Source: a virus
Length of the DNA: 52,932 bases
Virus record (IMG/VR): IMGVR_UViG_3300045988_134091
Location: 1 to 52,932 of that record
Direction: 5' to 3' (one strand)
The position numbers and the translations under genes are program-made. Shown here piece after piece: positions 51,054 to 52,932 of the stretch (position 1 is its first letter; every line of letters begins with the position of its first letter). The notes beneath the pieces are model-generated. The model was not told where the DNA came from. It worked only from the letters and a program-made list of their open reading frames with translations, and did no database searches.

Positions 51054-52932
51054 ATGAAGCTGAGTGAGTTTGACTCTCTCATTGGTCAAGACAGCTATGT
51101 GCGTTGTATGGGAAAGAAGCGGTTGGACAACTCCATCGTGAACGAAAAGGCCGCAGACGCTCACCTGTTCTCTGGGGGACAGATTGGCTGGTGGGTGCGG
51201 TCTGGCTACATAGTTGTAGATATAGATGAAGGAAAAGAAGAAGCCATGAAAGTGGTGAAGAGGCTGGGTCTCAAAACTCTGATGGCTCAGACTCCAAAAG
51301 GGCTTCATCTGTATTTCAAATGTGATAAGGAATACCCCCAGCGGGTTGGAATGGTTCTCCCTTGTGGATTGAAATGTGACTTTCGCTGTGCCAATAAGGG
51401 TTATGTCATATTGCCTTTTGGGTCAGAGGGTCGCCGGTTCAATAAGTGCAGAAAGATTGCAGAGCTGCCACCTGAGTTTACACCGATGGTGAACCGCAAA
51501 GAAAGCCTGTTGGGGTTGAAAGATGGGGATGGAAGAAATGCAACCCTGTTTGCTCACCTTATGGCCTACAAGAACAGAGGTGCTTCAGATGAGCAGATTG
51601 AGGAAATGGCTGATGTTATCAACAGTATCATATTCGCTGACCCTATGGATGAGAAGGAACTGGAGAAAATTGTTGAGAACACCAGGAAATATGAGGCATC
51701 AAAGCAGTTCGACAACCCCTATCTGATTTACAGTGCAAAAGGAGTCCCCACAAATATCAACCATAGGGCTATCTGTGACTACTTTGTGAACAAAGGGGGC
51801 ATCTTTGTACTAGGCGGGGAGTGCTATCAATACCGGGATGGCGTGTATGTTGAAGCAAGCAGCCATGTCCGGAATACCATCAAGGATATGATTGTTGTGG
51901 ATACGCTTATCACACAAAATCGTATCATGGAGTGCTTCAGGTTGATTTGTGATGATGTGAGGCTTCAGCGGACTGCAGCCGAACTGAACCATGACAAAAA
52001 CCTTATCAATTTCCAGAACGGGGTTTGGGATATAGAACGAGGAGAGCTTTTGCCTCATGACAGCAAGTATCTCCAGACGCTTCAAATTCCGCACCCGGTT
52101 GGAGAGTATAAGCCATTCAAGGAAACCCGGCTGTATGACTTTTTCAAGAAAACCAACCTGCCCAAAGAGGACATCAAGATGCTGCTCAAATACATGGCCT
52201 ATTGTCTCACCTTGGACTACGGGTTGAAGACATTCATGATTCTCTGCGGTCAGTCCAATACCGGTAAATCTGTGTTGATTCGATTCTTTGAAAACCTTGT
52301 TGGCAAGCAAAATGTGTCCTCTCTGAGCATGCATGAGCTGAATATGCGGTTCTACCCATCCCAGCTGTACAATAGGTTACTGAACTCTTGTGCAGATAAC
52401 TCATCTTTGCCATTGTCATCTATTGAAAACCTGAAGAAGATTACAGGCGGTGACCAGATTATGCATGAGAAGAAGGGCAAGGAACCATTTTTCTTTGTGC
52501 CGTTCTGTAAGTTGATTTTTAGTTTCAACCAGTTACCGCTTCAGCTGGAAGAAAAGTCCAATGCATTCTACAAGCGCATGAGGATTCTGTTCATGAACAA
52601 TGAGTTGTTTTTGAACAATGACTATGTAAATGACCTATGTAGTGAGGAGAGTGTATCTGAGATTATTCCATACCTGCTTCATCTTCTGCCAGTGAAAGAC
52701 ATCCCTCGTACATCGACCAGTGACAAGTATGTGGAGGCACTGCGGCAGGATTCTGACAGCATCCACGCCTTCATTGCTAAACATTGTGAGCTGGGACCAG
52801 GGTTGTCTGTAGAGAAAAATGCACTATATGAGGCATACTGCCGGTTTTGTGTGGATACGGGCCGGGAAAACAGCAAAAAGCACTCTTTTATGAGAAATAT
52901 CCGCTCCCAGGGGTTCAAGGAATCAAGAGATG
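51054..52932 (+). CDS. Bifunctional prim-pol / D5-like SF3 helicase (continues to 105 across the junction)
   Basis: No stop before the window end; YIVVDIDEG and TPKGLHLYF (prim-pol); LCGQSNTGKS Walker A; LIFSFNQLP (SF3 motif). Confidence 0.85.
   Translation, partial: MKLSEFDSLIGQDSYVRCMGKKRLDNSIVNEKAADAHLFSGGQIGWWVRSGYIVVDIDEGKEEAMKVVKRLGLKTLMAQTPKGLHLYFKCDKEYPQRVGMVLPCGLKCDFRCANKGYVILPFGSEGRRFNKCRKIAELPPEFTPMVNRKESLLGLKDGDGRNATLFAHLMAYKNRGASDEQIEEMADVINSIIFADPMDEKELEKIVENTRKYEASKQFDNPYLIYSAKGVPTNINHRAICDYFVNKGGIFVLGGECYQYRDGVYVEASSHVRNTIKDMIVVDTLITQNRIMECFRLICDDVRLQRTAAELNHDKNLINFQNGVWDIERGELLPHDSKYLQTLQIPHPVGEYKPFKETRLYDFFKKTNLPKEDIKMLLKYMAYCLTLDYGLKTFMILCGQSNTGKSVLIRFFENLVGKQNVSSLSMHELNMRFYPSQLYNRLLNSCADNSSLPLSSIENLKKITGGDQIMHEKKGKEPFFFVPFCKLIFSFNQLPLQLEEKSNAFYKRMRILFMNNELFLNNDYVNDLCSEESVSEIIPYLLHLLPVKDIPRTSTSDKYVEALRQDSDSIHAFIAKHCELGPGLSVEKNALYEAYCRFCVDTGRENSKKHSFMRNIRSQGFKESRD
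52878..52932. repeat. Terminal direct repeat, copy 2 (identical to 1-55)
   Basis: Exact 55-nt match to the window start. Confidence 0.95.

Noticed and set aside
1-52932. Search for a lysogeny module (integrase, CI/Cro, excisionase), tRNAs and CRISPR arrays
   Set aside because: No ORF shows tyrosine or serine recombinase motifs or a CI-like HTH-peptidase architecture. No tRNA-like T-arm (GGTTCGAATCC-type) sequences were seen in intergenic regions. Absence cannot be proven by eye, so the phage is only provisionally called non-temperate.

Overview
The window is one complete, circularly closed dsDNA phage genome. Bases 1-55 repeat exactly at 52878-52932, so the unique length is about 52,877 bp, and one ORF (51054->105) runs across the junction. 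Gene content fits a siphovirus-like phage of a Gram-positive, Clostridia/Bacilli-type host. I found no integrase, repressor, tRNA or CRISPR array.

Layout:
- The + strand from about 42.2 kb, through the junction, to 14.4 kb carries early, replication and nucleotide-metabolism genes. These include family A DNA polymerase, prim-pol/SF3 helicase, SNF2 helicase, VRR-NUC, a Cas4-like nuclease, an AAA_24 ATPase and a DUF669 protein.
- The - strand from 41.0 kb to 14.6 kb carries the packaging, head, tail and lysis genes, followed by an odd terminal cassette.

Most notable observations:
1. Three type I hammerhead ribozymes sit in intergenic spacers of the early operons. All have complete CUGANGA...GAAA...GUC cores, and their stems covary.
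2. A large pyrimidine hypermodification gene set is split into two loci. It comprises a T4 gp42-like hydroxymethylase, a P-loop DNA-kinase-like protein, two 'DNA base hypermodification' paralogs, a GT-A glycosyltransferase, dCMP deaminase, MazG, DUF1599, HD and HAD proteins.
3. Two families of highly conserved promoter cassettes are present, one with a conserved polypurine 5' leader box.
4. A roughly 700 bp iteron/AT-rich/direct-repeat field lies in the divergent intergenic region and is a candidate origin.
5. A MuF head protein carries a C-terminal HExxH domain and is followed by a coupled mini-ORF.
6. A GC-rich island between the portal and MuF genes encodes an amidase and a structural protein with a CX5R phosphatase domain.
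7. The phage encodes a RemA homolog.

All functional calls rest on motifs read by eye. No database search was run.
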